Both the position numbers and the translations under genes were made by a program. A stretch of DNA of 64,000 nucleotides. It comes from Cyanobacteriota bacterium. GTDB taxonomy: Bacteria; Cyanobacteriota; Cyanobacteriia; Cyanobacteriales; Nostocaceae. The notes beneath the pieces are model-generated. The model searched no databases. It was given only the letters and a program-made list of their open reading frames with translations, and had not been told where the DNA came from. The first letter of the stretch is position 1, and the number at the start of each line of letters is the position of its first letter. Location of the stretch: assembly GCA_046045965.1 (NCBI GenBank), contig JBJOKS010000013.1:1-64000 (forward strand). Direction: 5' to 3'. This document shows, piece after piece, positions 50,872 through 61,127 of this stretch.

Positions 50872-50927
50872 TGAAAGTTTTTAACTTTTATATTTGAATT
50901 TCTTATCAATGAAAGTTTTTAACTTTT
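50872..50927. promoter_or_regulatory. Two identical 18-bp boxes upstream of the putative rbcL promoter
   Basis: tgaaagtttttaactttt at 50872 and 50910; each contains the AAAGTT-N3-AACTTT dyad. Confidence 0.55.
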
Positions 50928-51019
50928 TGTTAAGAGTGCTTTACAAATGGTGATAGTTAGTTGTAAATGCTACATTCCCTACTTCTAACCATCACATTTG
51001 CAAATATGACTCCAAAAAT

Positions 51020-52084
51020 TCAAGTAGATGAATTATTTTCTCTGTCAAGTTGTTCTTCTTGAACCGATGAGGTTTTTGGAATTTCCGGGTTTGATGAGTC
51101 GGACTGGGTTGGAGTTTCCGTTGAAGACTGACTTTCAGGGTTAGAGTCAGGTTGAATTTCCGGTTCAGAACTGGTTGTGGGAGTTGGACTCGGTTTAATT
51201 TCCGGTTCAGGACTGGTTGTAGAAGTTGGACTCGGTTTAATTATCGTCGGTTGACTCGTTGGTTCAGGTGTCGGGTTTTTTGGGTGCTGACTTACTATTG
51301 CTAGTATTATTAGACCAAGGCCAATTATCAAAAAAACCAGAATTATTAGAATTTTCAGGTCTTTTTTTTTCCGTTTGCTACTGCTTCCAGACTGCACACG
51401 ATCTGATATACCCCACCACTTAACATCTTGAAGAATATTCTCACTTACATTTTCTGCAACAACTACCAATGCTCCGTTACCTTTTGGTAATTGTTTTGTT
51501 TTCAATTCTTCAGCAAGTTTTTTTATCCACTTTTGCTTAGTTTCTTGAAATATTTTCTGTTTTTGGGGGGATTTTGAATCGACATTTAGTACATCTTGAT
51601 TTAATTTTTTGGTTTTGTCTGATTCTTCTAGTGTTTGAGAACGTGCTTCATTTTTAACCAAATCTATGTACTTAGAAAAATGTTGTTTTTCTACTTGAAA
51701 ACCATGCTCATTATCACCCCATTGAACAAAACCATCAAGTCTTTGAGAAAATAATTTCCAGTCTTGTAAAGCTTCACTAGCTAACATTTGCAAAAGTAAA
51801 TCATCCTCGTGTTTTTGACTGACTAATACTATAGAATTGTAGACAGGACGACCATACTGTGCCGAACGTTCTTTTGTTTTTATCCAGTAAAGCAGCAGGA
51901 TTAATTCTTGATTATTTCTGAACAGAATAACAGCAGGAGTATCTGCTTCATAAAACTGAGAAAGTTTTAATATAGGTGGTTCTTGTCGTTCCAGATTATT
52001 CAACCATGTACTATTTACATAAACTTTTACCCAGCGATAATCCTGTGTCTCTTCTTTTCCGCAACTCTGAATATAAATATCCAT
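51020..52084 (-). CDS. Single-pass membrane protein: N-terminal globular domain, KRKKK, TM helix, Pro/Thr/Ser-rich tail
   Basis: GAGGA SD before MDIYIQSCG at 52084; TM helix LKILIILVFLIIGLGLIILAIV; 42-bp internal duplication. Confidence 0.8.
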   Translation of the reverse strand: MDIYIQSCGKEETQDYRWVKVYVNSTWLNNLERQEPPILKLSQFYEADTPAVILFRNNQELILLLYWIKTKERSAQYGRPVYNSIVLVSQKHEDDLLLQMLASEALQDWKLFSQRLDGFVQWGDNEHGFQVEKQHFSKYIDLVKNEARSQTLEESDKTKKLNQDVLNVDSKSPQKQKIFQETKQKWIKKLAEELKTKQLPKGNGALVVVAENVSENILQDVKWWGISDRVQSGSSSKRKKKDLKILIILVFLIIGLGLIILAIVSQHPKNPTPEPTSQPTIIKPSPTSTTSPEPEIKPSPTPTTSSEPEIQPDSNPESQSSTETPTQSDSSNPEIPKTSSVQEEQLDRENNSST

Positions 52085-52100
52085 TGTTAATTCCTCATTG

Positions 52101-53069
52101 TTAGTCCATGTAAAATAAATTTTTTCCTTGTATGATTTCAAAACCACTGTTAGTTTTGCAGTCTTTAGCTAATTGACGAACAGCTTCATATAAAAACTCA
52201 TCTTTACCAAACAAATCAGCTATCACACCAAACCTACGTTTTTGCAGATAATTCTTTAATAAGAAACGCAAGAGATACTTGAGAGGTTGTTCGTTATCTT
52301 TGGGTGAATAACCGGCATCAATCTCAGGCTTTTTGAAAACAAATTTTGATTGACCATTATCGACCTGAATTGAGGAAAAAAATACATTACCAACAGTCTG
52401 CACAGAAGTAACAACCACAGCAACTTTTTGTCTCAGACTTTCTGAATTAAATAACTGAAGTAAACCCTTGTATTCATCTTTAATACGAGCTAAAAGTTTC
52501 CTTTTAGATTGTTCATCTTTCATGTAACTTTCGCATTTAATTGGGGCAATAATTAACAAGCGATTTGAATTAAGACTGCCATAAATTTGCTCAAACCAAG
52601 CTTTTACTTCTATAGGACGATTTCTCTGAAAATGCCATTTACCGTTAGCTTCCATTAGTGCTGGTGCATCTACAGCAATGAGAACAGCTATAGATTTACT
52701 CAAATGTTCTTTAATAAATTCTTGCCCTTTTTTTTCTCCTTTATCAACGAGATAGCCTCCAGGACAGTCCCACAATGTTAGCTTTAGTTTAGGTGGTTTT
52801 CCTTTACGACCAATATTAAATACAAAAGCCCTTGGTTGTGCAGTAGCTGGAATACCACCTTCTCTTAATTCTTCCTCTAGTTTAAACTCATCATTTAAGG
52901 CTTTGAGTTCACCTAATCTTTCTCCTAAAGTGCTTGCGGTATCAAAGTCAGGGGTGAGTTGGATGCTAGTTTGATTAATTTCCCGATCATATTCATAGTA
53001 CATTGATGTTAATAAACTTGTCTTACCCACATATCTGGGACCAAACATCAAAACTTCAAATTCGAGCAT
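52101..53069 (-). CDS. TRAFAC-like P-loop GTPase domain protein
   Basis: G1 GPRYVGKTS, putative G2 PAT, G3 WDCPGG, G4-like IKCE; AGGAG SD. Confidence 0.78.
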   Translation of the reverse strand: MLEFEVLMFGPRYVGKTSLLTSMYYEYDREINQTSIQLTPDFDTASTLGERLGELKALNDEFKLEEELREGGIPATAQPRAFVFNIGRKGKPPKLKLTLWDCPGGYLVDKGEKKGQEFIKEHLSKSIAVLIAVDAPALMEANGKWHFQRNRPIEVKAWFEQIYGSLNSNRLLIIAPIKCESYMKDEQSKRKLLARIKDEYKGLLQLFNSESLRQKVAVVVTSVQTVGNVFFSSIQVDNGQSKFVFKKPEIDAGYSPKDNEQPLKYLLRFLLKNYLQKRRFGVIADLFGKDEFLYEAVRQLAKDCKTNSGFEIIQGKNLFYMD

Positions 53070-53081
53070 ATCTAAAATCTC

Positions 53082-55283
53082 CTATTTGTTATAATTTAAA
53101 ATTTGCAATTTTTCTGATTCATTGGCATTTTCTACCAATTTAACTAAATCAAGCCATTCTTTTTTTCTAGTTTCCTCAATCAGCTTTCCTTGAAATTCAG
53201 ATTCCCAAATTTTTTCACGAGATTGTAACAGAAATATTTCCCATTCTGTTTTTACATCTTCTGCACGAAGAATTCTATCTAAAAATTCCTCTACTATGGC
53301 AAAAGCAGCTTGATTTGGTTCTTTGAAAAAGTCCATGAGGGATTCTTCACATTTATATACAGCCTCTTGATGAGCGGTTTTAAGGTTATTTAAAACTTGT
53401 TGAGCAGTAGGAGTTTTACTCAGTTGTAATACTTCACTTTCATTTGGTGTCAAAATATCTAAATGTTGCCGGATGCGGTGTTGAACAAAGCCACGATAGG
53501 AAAGCTCAAAATCAGCTAAAACCTGAAAACCAAATTTTAGTTTACAGGGTTTACCACCGATAATTTCATCTGGCAATATTTCCGCCATTGTTCTGAGAAA
53601 TTCTGTTCCTTGTTTTTCTGTTAATGCTCCTAATTTTCCTTGTTGAATTAGTACATTTGCAACTTGATTTTTTAATTCTTCTACCGATTTTTTCAACCCA
53701 TCATCTATAGATAAAAATTTCTGTGATAGATGAGCGCGAACTTCATTCATATACTGTTCATAGGTAGTTCCATAACCTTTGACTTCTTTATTTCTGTCTT
53801 CAATTTGCGTAATTGATGGAATTCCCGTATCCTGTTGACAGGATTGAATTACTGTTTCTACTTGTGCTTTAAAAAATTGATCTTCATTTTCACGATTCTT
53901 TCTGAGATTTTCTAGCAAGTCTTCTAAACTATTGGTGATACTGTTTATCAGTTTTTTGACTTGTGGTAAAAATGTTTCAGCCCCAGTTTCAATTCTAATG
54001 GTTTTACCAAAGACTTTTCTCGCTTTTTCTAATTCCGTCTCTATGGAAGTTTGAATTTCTGTTAATACCTTTTGACAGGATTCTGCATATTGCCTATCTA
54101 AGTTATTAATATTCTTAGCTAGATAATCAATAACTGTTGCTAAAAGCTGATTAGCTTGTTCAGGATTCTTACAATTAGCAATTACACAACCACCTACACG
54201 AATAGGCTGGTTAGCAAGGGTATTTTTTAAATCTTGACACCGATTCCAGTTAGTCTCATCGTGGTTTAATACCATAAAAGACCACAAATTTAGCGGTAAC
54301 TTTTCTTTCAAAGCTTTATAAGCATCATCATATAAATCTATATCATCTTTTTTCCAAAAGTCTCCACTAGGTACTGGTTTCCGCACAAATAAAATAAAAT
54401 CAACATCTTCTCCCAAAGCTTCAATCATCCGTTCTGCATCACCTAATCTAGTATCACCCAAACCAGGCATATCAACTAAACCAATTTTTTCTACACCTGG
54501 CGCTCCAAAGTGACAAAATATTTCTACTTTCTTAACAACTAAATGATTAAATATTAGCGGGTTTCCTTGCGTATCATATTTTTGAGAAACAAATTCTTGA
54601 ATGTGTTCTTTTTTGATTATCTCTTGTCTTTGTTCTGGTTTGAGGAGAAAAGCATATTGATCTAAACATTGATAATAATCATCTCGCAGATGTTTATAAA
54701 TAGATTCTGCTTTAGCTGGGTTTTCATGATTCTTTGGGGGTTCAGGAAACTTTTGATGACGAAAATCATCAAGGGTTTGAGGGATGGGACTAAAATTTAA
54801 TTGTTTGTAATATGGCGCAATAACTTCTTTGAGAAAAGAACTTTCTGAGTGAAAATAAACTTTAGCGTAGGTATTGCCTTCCGTTTGATGATAGATGTTA
54901 CTTTGCACACTGGTACAAGGCATTCTGTCACTACTAGGTATTTCTGTATCCGTGAGTCCACTGAGAATTTGCAAGAGGGTACTTTTACCTTGACGTGCTA
55001 AACCAACAACTCCAATATTGAGAGTTTTACGAGCAAAGCGAAGTCCGAGCTTATCTAATACCTTTAATTCCTCGTCAATTCTCTTTAAAATCTCGGAAAA
55101 ATCAATATTTTGTAGTTTTTTCAAGGTTTCCGGTTCGTTAACACATTCTGCTAGTTGTTTTTGACGATTGACTTCTAAGGTTCTAATTGTTTGATATAGC
55201 TTTTGTAGATTAGGTGTAATTTCTTGTTCAAGTTTATTAGCTAAGGGAATACGCTGAATAATAATATCTTCGATTTGAGGCAT
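53082..55283 (-). CDS. Dynamin-like GTPase
   Basis: N-terminal helical segment; G1 IGVVGLARQGKST, G2 PCTSV, G3 LVDMPGLGD, G4-like VLNHD; long helical C-terminus; start set at MPQIED. Confidence 0.82.
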   Translation of the reverse strand: MPQIEDIIIQRIPLANKLEQEITPNLQKLYQTIRTLEVNRQKQLAECVNEPETLKKLQNIDFSEILKRIDEELKVLDKLGLRFARKTLNIGVVGLARQGKSTLLQILSGLTDTEIPSSDRMPCTSVQSNIYHQTEGNTYAKVYFHSESSFLKEVIAPYYKQLNFSPIPQTLDDFRHQKFPEPPKNHENPAKAESIYKHLRDDYYQCLDQYAFLLKPEQRQEIIKKEHIQEFVSQKYDTQGNPLIFNHLVVKKVEIFCHFGAPGVEKIGLVDMPGLGDTRLGDAERMIEALGEDVDFILFVRKPVPSGDFWKKDDIDLYDDAYKALKEKLPLNLWSFMVLNHDETNWNRCQDLKNTLANQPIRVGGCVIANCKNPEQANQLLATVIDYLAKNINNLDRQYAESCQKVLTEIQTSIETELEKARKVFGKTIRIETGAETFLPQVKKLINSITNSLEDLLENLRKNRENEDQFFKAQVETVIQSCQQDTGIPSITQIEDRNKEVKGYGTTYEQYMNEVRAHLSQKFLSIDDGLKKSVEELKNQVANVLIQQGKLGALTEKQGTEFLRTMAEILPDEIIGGKPCKLKFGFQVLADFELSYRGFVQHRIRQHLDILTPNESEVLQLSKTPTAQQVLNNLKTAHQEAVYKCEESLMDFFKEPNQAAFAIVEEFLDRILRAEDVKTEWEIFLLQSREKIWESEFQGKLIEETRKKEWLDLVKLVENANESEKLQILNYNK

Positions 55284-55572
55284 GGTATAATCTGCCAAAA
55301 CAATTTTCAATTGTATAATTTATCAGCAAAGTGCTAGATTTAGGGAAAAATTACTGTTAATTAATTTAACGCATTTGTAACAGTTGGCAATGATGTAATC
55401 ACACAGATAAGATGCACAGAAACTGAACAGTAGAAAATGCGATGACGCAGGTTTAAAATCCTTGCTTTTTCATCGGTTTTGCATAATTTGGCGCAGATAG
55501 AGTTTGATGATGTAGTAGCGAATTCTATTGGCTTCCAAACATTCTCTTAAATACTCAAAAGGATATACAGCC

Positions 55573-56652
55573 GTGGTATTATTTAACATAAATACTCGAT
55601 TATTGATGATTTCGATGCTATTGGGGTTAATGGCTATACCCAGCATGGAAATTACCGCAACAGGACAAAGCAACCTTGACCCAAAACCAAACAGTTCTAC
55701 TACATACCCAGTCGCACCACCTCCAAAACGAGTAGACCCTTTACCCGATGACCGAGATGTGCTGGAGAGAGAAGTAGAAACTGATTACCGTATTAGTAAT
55801 TTACTAGGAGATTTGGCTGGTAATCTGTGGGTAGGTTCTTGGCGGGGTTTATCACGAATTGACCCCAATACAGGTAATATTATTGCTCGTGTCAGTTTGC
55901 CGAATGTTACCATTACTGCCTTAGCACAAGATAAAGTCGGTCGTTTGTGGGTGGGAAATTATGAGGGTTTAACCAGAGTAGACCCCCGTACTAATGAAAT
56001 TACGGCACAGAATTTATTACTACCTTCTAAACGGGTCTTATCCCTGTTAGTTGATAAACGGGGTTATTTGTGGACGGGTACTGATAGCGGTTTAGCTTTA
56101 ATTAGTCCCGACCAAGGTTTAATTATGACAACCTTGAAAAATCTACCTGGTGTTAGTGCTAATGCTATGACCTTAGATGCAGATGGTCAGCTGTGGGTAG
56201 GGACTTTAGATGGACTGGTAAGGGTGAATACTGCCAGTGCTTTGATAATGAAGAGGATAAATAGTTTACCAGGGGCGACTGTACAAGCTTTGGCTATCAG
56301 TCCTGAAGGGTTAATTTGGGCAGGAATGCCAAATCAATTGTTAGTAGTTAACCCAAAAAATGGGATTGTGTTAAGGTCTGTGACTCCTCTGCGGGGCAGA
56401 AATGTCACTTCAGTACGTTTTGCTCAAGATGGTAGTGTTTGGGTGGGAACTAACAACGGGTTGTTAAGATTAAATCCAGATACAGGAGCTTTGTTGGATC
56501 AAGTAGCCGGCTTACCTTCTAGTCGGGTACTAACTCTTGCACCTGATCTTGGTAATAAGTTATGGGTGGGAACCAGCGAGGGGTTAGCTTGGTTAATGCC
56601 TACAATGGATAAAGCACAGCCTCATTTCGGTTTTGGCCGGGCTGTGAAGTAG
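55573..56652 (+). CDS. Secreted beta-propeller protein (two-component regulator propeller-type repeats)
   Basis: Signal-like N-terminus; repeated D-x-x-G-x-LWVG(T/S)-x-x-GL units; GTG start at 55573 assumed. Confidence 0.82.
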   Translation: MVLFNINTRLLMISMLLGLMAIPSMEITATGQSNLDPKPNSSTTYPVAPPPKRVDPLPDDRDVLEREVETDYRISNLLGDLAGNLWVGSWRGLSRIDPNTGNIIARVSLPNVTITALAQDKVGRLWVGNYEGLTRVDPRTNEITAQNLLLPSKRVLSLLVDKRGYLWTGTDSGLALISPDQGLIMTTLKNLPGVSANAMTLDADGQLWVGTLDGLVRVNTASALIMKRINSLPGATVQALAISPEGLIWAGMPNQLLVVNPKNGIVLRSVTPLRGRNVTSVRFAQDGSVWVGTNNGLLRLNPDTGALLDQVAGLPSSRVLTLAPDLGNKLWVGTSEGLAWLMPTMDKAQPHFGFGRAVK

Positions 56653-56915
56653 GGACTGGGACTGGGGACTGGGGACTGGGGACTGGGGACTGGGAAAAAA
56701 GCAGGGGAGCAGGGGGCAGGGAGCAGGGGGAAATTTTCCTTTTTCTTCTTTCTTCTGAACTCCTGATAGCGTTCGCGTAGCGTGCCGAAGGCATAGCGTG
56801 GCGTTAGCCATACTCCTGAACTCCTGATAGCGCAGCTTGGCGTTAGCCATACTCCTTCTTTCTGTCACCTGTCACCTGTCACCTGTCACCTCTTCCTCCT
56901 TAACTCCTGAACTCC
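56652..56915. repeat. Mixed repeat field: STRRs plus small dispersed GC-rich repeats
   Basis: (gggactg)n, (gcaggg)n, gatagcg...ggcgttagccatactcc twice, (ctgtcac)n. Confidence 0.85.
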
Positions 56916-56926
56916 TTCTATTCTTT

Positions 56927-57706
56927 ATGCCAATTACTACCCAGCAATTAATACAATGGAAACAGCAGGGACGGGCAATTGTCGCTTTGACTGCTTGGGA
57001 TTATGCGATCGCTCAACTGTTAGATACAGCTGGTGTAGACTTAATTCTGGTAGGTGATTCTCTGGCAGTTGTGCTGGGATATGAAACCACACTGCCAATT
57101 ACTTTAGAGGAAATGATCCACCATGCTAAAGCTGTGCGTCGTGGTGTGAAACGCGCTCTAGTTGTTGTTGATTTACCATTTTTAACCTATCAAGAAAGTA
57201 TTTCTCAAGCTATGCACTCAGCCGGCAGAGTGCTGAAAGAAACTGGCGCACAAGCGGTAAAATTAGAGGGTGGACATCCGGCAATGATCGAGACCGTGGC
57301 CAGGTTGGTACAAGCGGGTATTCCGGTAATGGGTCATGTAGGTTTAACACCACAATCAATACATCAAATTGGTTTGCGACAACAGGGAAAAACTCAGTCC
57401 GCAGGAGAGAGAATTTTAAATGAAGCGATCGCTCTCGAACAAGCTGGTGTATTCTCCATAGTATTAGAACATATCCCCGCAAATTTAGCATTAGAAATTA
57501 CCCAAAAATTACGTATCCCCACTATTGGTATTGGTGCTGGTTCAGAATGTGACGGACAGATTTTAGTTACTTCTGATGTCTTGGGACTTTCAGAAAAACA
57601 ACCCCCCTTTGCGAAAGTTTATACAAATTTGCGGGAAGAGATAACCAAGGCTGTACAGAATTATGCTTTGGAAGTACGTGATGGGCAGTCCTTTAGAAAC
57701 ATATAA
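56927..57706 (+). CDS. panB: 3-methyl-2-oxobutanoate hydroxymethyltransferase
   Basis: [39 protein letters not shown]. Confidence 0.96.
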   Translation: MPITTQQLIQWKQQGRAIVALTAWDYAIAQLLDTAGVDLILVGDSLAVVLGYETTLPITLEEMIHHAKAVRRGVKRALVVVDLPFLTYQESISQAMHSAGRVLKETGAQAVKLEGGHPAMIETVARLVQAGIPVMGHVGLTPQSIHQIGLRQQGKTQSAGERILNEAIALEQAGVFSIVLEHIPANLALEITQKLRIPTIGIGAGSECDGQILVTSDVLGLSEKQPPFAKVYTNLREEITKAVQNYALEVRDGQSFRNI

Positions 57707-57963
57707 TTTTTGCTGAATTGTTGCAGATAAGGACTAAACTTAAAAGTCTTGTACAGCAAATTCGTAAGAATATGGCCTACGCCACGCTACGCTATCAGGA
57801 GTCAGGAAGGTTGAACGGCCGTTCACCCGTACAGGAGTCAGAATGTTTTATCAAACAGTAGATTATCAAATATATGATTTTGGATTTAACTGTTAAAAAC
57901 CTGACTGCTGAGAGCTAATAGCTGAATGCTTGCGGAAAACCTAGAATTATAAATGAAGTAATC

Positions 57964-59544
57964 ATGTCCAAGGTTCTTGTCTCCGATCCCATTGACCAAG
58001 CTGGTATTGACATTCTTTCCCAAGTTGCAACCGTTGATGTCAAAACAGGTCTAAAACCAGCAGAATTGATAGAAATTATTGGTGAGTATGACGCGCTGAT
58101 GATCCGTTCGGGAACTCGCGTGACTCAAGAAATTATTGAAGCCGGTACACAATTAAAAATTATTGGTCGTGCTGGTGTGGGTGTGGATAATGTAGATGTT
58201 CCCGCTGCTACTCGCAAAGGTATTGTAGTCGTTAATTCCCCAGAAGGAAATACCATTGCAGCAGCAGAACACGCCCTAGCAATGATGTTATCTTTATCCC
58301 GTCATATCCCCGATGCTAATGCTTCCGTAAAAAGAGGAGAGTGGGATCGGAAAACTTTTGTGGGTGCAGAAGTATATAAGAAAACCCTGGGCGTTGTGGG
58401 CTTGGGGAAAATTGGCTCTCATGTTGCGACTGTAGCAAAAGCTATGGGGATGAAATTATTAGCTTATGATCCCTTTATTTCTACAGAAAGAGCAGAACAA
58501 CTCGGTTGTCAGTTGGTAGATTTAGATTTGTTATTCCAACAGGCAGACTATATCACTTTACACATCCCCAAAACCCCAGAAACTGCCAATTTAATCAACG
58601 CTAAAACTTTGGCGAAGATGAAACCCACTACCAGAATTATCAACTGTGCTAGGGGTGGAATTATTGATGAAGCGGCTTTGGCAGCGGCGATTAAAGATGG
58701 TAAAATTGGTGGAGCAGCCTTGGATGTGTTCGAGTCAGAACCCTTGGGAGAATCTGATTTGCGATCGCTGGGTAAAGATGTAATTCTCACACCCCACTTA
58801 GGTGCATCTACCACCGAAGCCCAAGTAAACGTAGCCATAGACGTAGCTGAACAGATCCGTGATGTGATTTTAGGACTACCTGCCCGTTCTGCTGTTAACA
58901 TCCCCGGACTTGGACCAGATATCTTGGAAGAACTCAAACCTTATATGCAGTTGGCGGAAACCTTGGGTAACTTGGTTGGACAACTAGCAGGTGGAAGAGT
59001 GGAAACACTGACTGTTAAGTTACAAGGAGAACTGGCAACAAATAAAAGTCAGCCTTTAGTAATAGCGGCATTAAAAGGGCTACTTTACCAAGCCTTGCGG
59101 GAACGGGTAAATTATGTCAATGCCAGCATAGAAGCCAAAGAAAGGGGTATTCGGGTGATTGAAACACGAGATGCCTCAGCGCGAGACTATGCAGGATCTC
59201 TGCATCTGGAAGCGACGGGTACTTTAGGTACTCATTCAGTGACAGGTGCTTTGTTAGGGGACAAGGAAATTCACTTAACAGATGTTGATGGTTTCCCCAT
59301 TAATGTTCCACCTAGCAAATATATGCTGTTCACTCTGCACCGAGATATGCCGGGAATTATCGGTAAACTCGGTTCCCTACTTGGCAGTTTTAATGTCAAT
59401 ATTGCCAGTATGCAGGTAGGAAGAAAAATCGTCCGTGGTGATGCGGTAATGGCTCTAAGCATTGATGATCCTTTACCAGATGGCATCTTGGATGAAATTA
59501 AACAAGTGTCCGGTATTCGGGATGCGTATACAGTAACACTTTAA
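57964..59544 (+). CDS. serA: D-3-phosphoglycerate dehydrogenase
   Basis: GRAGVGVDNVD, GLGKIG, INCARGGI, TPHLGAST; C-terminal ACT domain. Confidence 0.97.
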   Translation: MSKVLVSDPIDQAGIDILSQVATVDVKTGLKPAELIEIIGEYDALMIRSGTRVTQEIIEAGTQLKIIGRAGVGVDNVDVPAATRKGIVVVNSPEGNTIAAAEHALAMMLSLSRHIPDANASVKRGEWDRKTFVGAEVYKKTLGVVGLGKIGSHVATVAKAMGMKLLAYDPFISTERAEQLGCQLVDLDLLFQQADYITLHIPKTPETANLINAKTLAKMKPTTRIINCARGGIIDEAALAAAIKDGKIGGAALDVFESEPLGESDLRSLGKDVILTPHLGASTTEAQVNVAIDVAEQIRDVILGLPARSAVNIPGLGPDILEELKPYMQLAETLGNLVGQLAGGRVETLTVKLQGELATNKSQPLVIAALKGLLYQALRERVNYVNASIEAKERGIRVIETRDASARDYAGSLHLEATGTLGTHSVTGALLGDKEIHLTDVDGFPINVPPSKYMLFTLHRDMPGIIGKLGSLLGSFNVNIASMQVGRKIVRGDAVMALSIDDPLPDGILDEIKQVSGIRDAYTVTL

Positions 59545-59778
59545 GTCAGGAGTCAGGAGTCAGGAGTTAGGAGTCAGGAGGCAGGAGGCAGGAGGCAGAA
59601 GGCAGAAGGCAGGAGGCAGAAGGCAGAAGGCAGGAGGCAGGAGGCAGGAGGCAGGAGGAACCTATTTTCCTCTTTCTTACTCCCTGCTTCCCCTGCTTCC
59701 CCTGCTTCCCCTGCTTCCCCTGCTTCCCCTGCTTCCCCTGCTCCCCCTGCTCTCTTCACTGTTCCCTGTTCCCTGTTC
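59545..59778. repeat. STRR-type tandem arrays
   Basis: (agtcagg)n, (aggcagg/aggcaga)n, (cccctgctt)n, (ctgttcc)n. Confidence 0.9.
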
Positions 59779-59795
59779 TAGTAATTTAAAATTTT

Positions 59796-60716
59796 ATGGC
59801 AAATACTTGGTGGGAACTGAAAATTTTATGTGAACCAGACCTGGAAGATTCTATCTTTTGGCGACTGGAAACTTTTGGCTGTCGTGGTACAGCCAGTGAA
59901 AGTAAAGGCAATTCATCGCTATTAAAGGCTTATTTACCTAGCTTTCAAGCACAATTACTAGATTTGTCGGCGCTTTCATTATGGTTGCGTCAAGATGCTT
60001 TGTGTATCGGTTTGCCTTCTCCGCTGTTACACTGGAATTTGATTGATGAGGAAGACTGGGCTAGTAGCTGGAAACAGTATTGGCAACCTCAAGAAATAGG
60101 CGATCGCTTTTTGATCAACCCTGCATGGCTACCATTACCTGCATCAGCAGAACGTTTAGTGATTCGCCTTGATCCAGGTGTAGCATTTGGTACAGGAAAT
60201 CATGCCACAACGCAACTGTGTCTAGAATCTCTGGAAATGCGTCTTAGTGAACTTCCTGATTCTTTCATAGGTACAGAACATAAAAAAGAATCCCTAGTAA
60301 TTGCTGATATAGGCTGCGGTTCTGGTATCCTTTCTATAGGTGCAATACTCTTGGGAGCTAAGAAAGTTTATGCAGTAGATAATGATCCTTTAGCGGTAAA
60401 ATCAAGTTTAAGCAATCGCGCCTTGAATGATATTAATTCAGAAAGATTAATTCCAGCCTTGGGTAGTGTAGACATTTTGACAAAATTAATTGATCAACCA
60501 GTAGATGGTATTGTCTGTAATATTTTGGCTGATGTAATTATTGAGTTAATTCCAGAAATAGGAGCTATTACTAAACCCAGTACCTGGGGTATATTTAGCG
60601 GTATTTTATTAGAACAATCCAAAGCTGTTGCTGATGTTTTAGAACAAAATGGTTGGGTTGTGGCTACTTTGTGGAAAAGAAAAGAATGGTGTTGTTTAAA
60701 TGCAAGACGTTCTTAA
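59796..60716 (+). CDS. prmA: Ribosomal protein L11 methyltransferase
   Basis: [45 protein letters not shown]. Confidence 0.95.
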   Translation: MANTWWELKILCEPDLEDSIFWRLETFGCRGTASESKGNSSLLKAYLPSFQAQLLDLSALSLWLRQDALCIGLPSPLLHWNLIDEEDWASSWKQYWQPQEIGDRFLINPAWLPLPASAERLVIRLDPGVAFGTGNHATTQLCLESLEMRLSELPDSFIGTEHKKESLVIADIGCGSGILSIGAILLGAKKVYAVDNDPLAVKSSLSNRALNDINSERLIPALGSVDILTKLIDQPVDGIVCNILADVIIELIPEIGAITKPSTWGIFSGILLEQSKAVADVLEQNGWVVATLWKRKEWCCLNARRS

Positions 60717-60719
60717 ATG

Positions 60720-60806
60720 AGGGAATAGGGAATAGGGAATAGGGAATAGGTAAAAAATTTTCTTCCCAGTCCCCAGTCCCCAGTCCCCAGTCCCCAGTCC
60801 CCAGTC
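60720..60806. repeat. STRR-type arrays between convergent prmA and thioredoxin genes
   Basis: (gggaata)n then (cccagtc)n. Confidence 0.88.
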
Positions 60807-60809
60807 TCT

Positions 60810-61127
60810 TTAAACCAGTTGTTGCAAATGTTGAACTAACTGTGGTGCTTGAAGTACACCTTCAATCCTATCTACTGGTTGACCATTCTTAAATAATACC
60901 AAAGTTGGTAAAGCTGCAATTCCATACTGACTTGCTAATTGAGTGTATTTTTCGGTGTCAATTTTAACGATTCGTAACCGGTCTTTCAATTGCAGATTGA
61001 CTTGTTCTAAAATTGGAACCATCATCTGACAAGGACCACACCAGTCAGCATAAAAATCTACTAATACTGGGACATCAGAACCTGATAGCATTTCTTCAAA
61101 GCTGTTAAATTGCTTTTTAGTTGTCAT
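60810..61127 (-). CDS. Thioredoxin (probably y-type)
   Basis: PVLVDFYADWCGPC; N-terminal KKQFNSFEEML. Confidence 0.92.
   Translation of the reverse strand: MTTKKQFNSFEEMLSGSDVPVLVDFYADWCGPCQMMVPILEQVNLQLKDRLRIVKIDTEKYTQLASQYGIAALPTLVLFKNGQPVDRIEGVLQAPQLVQHLQQLV

Noticed and set aside
55470..55673. 67-aa minus-strand ORF as a fourth gene of the GTPase operon
   Set aside because: It overlaps the start of the beta-propeller gene on the opposite strand and has no SD or recognisable motif.
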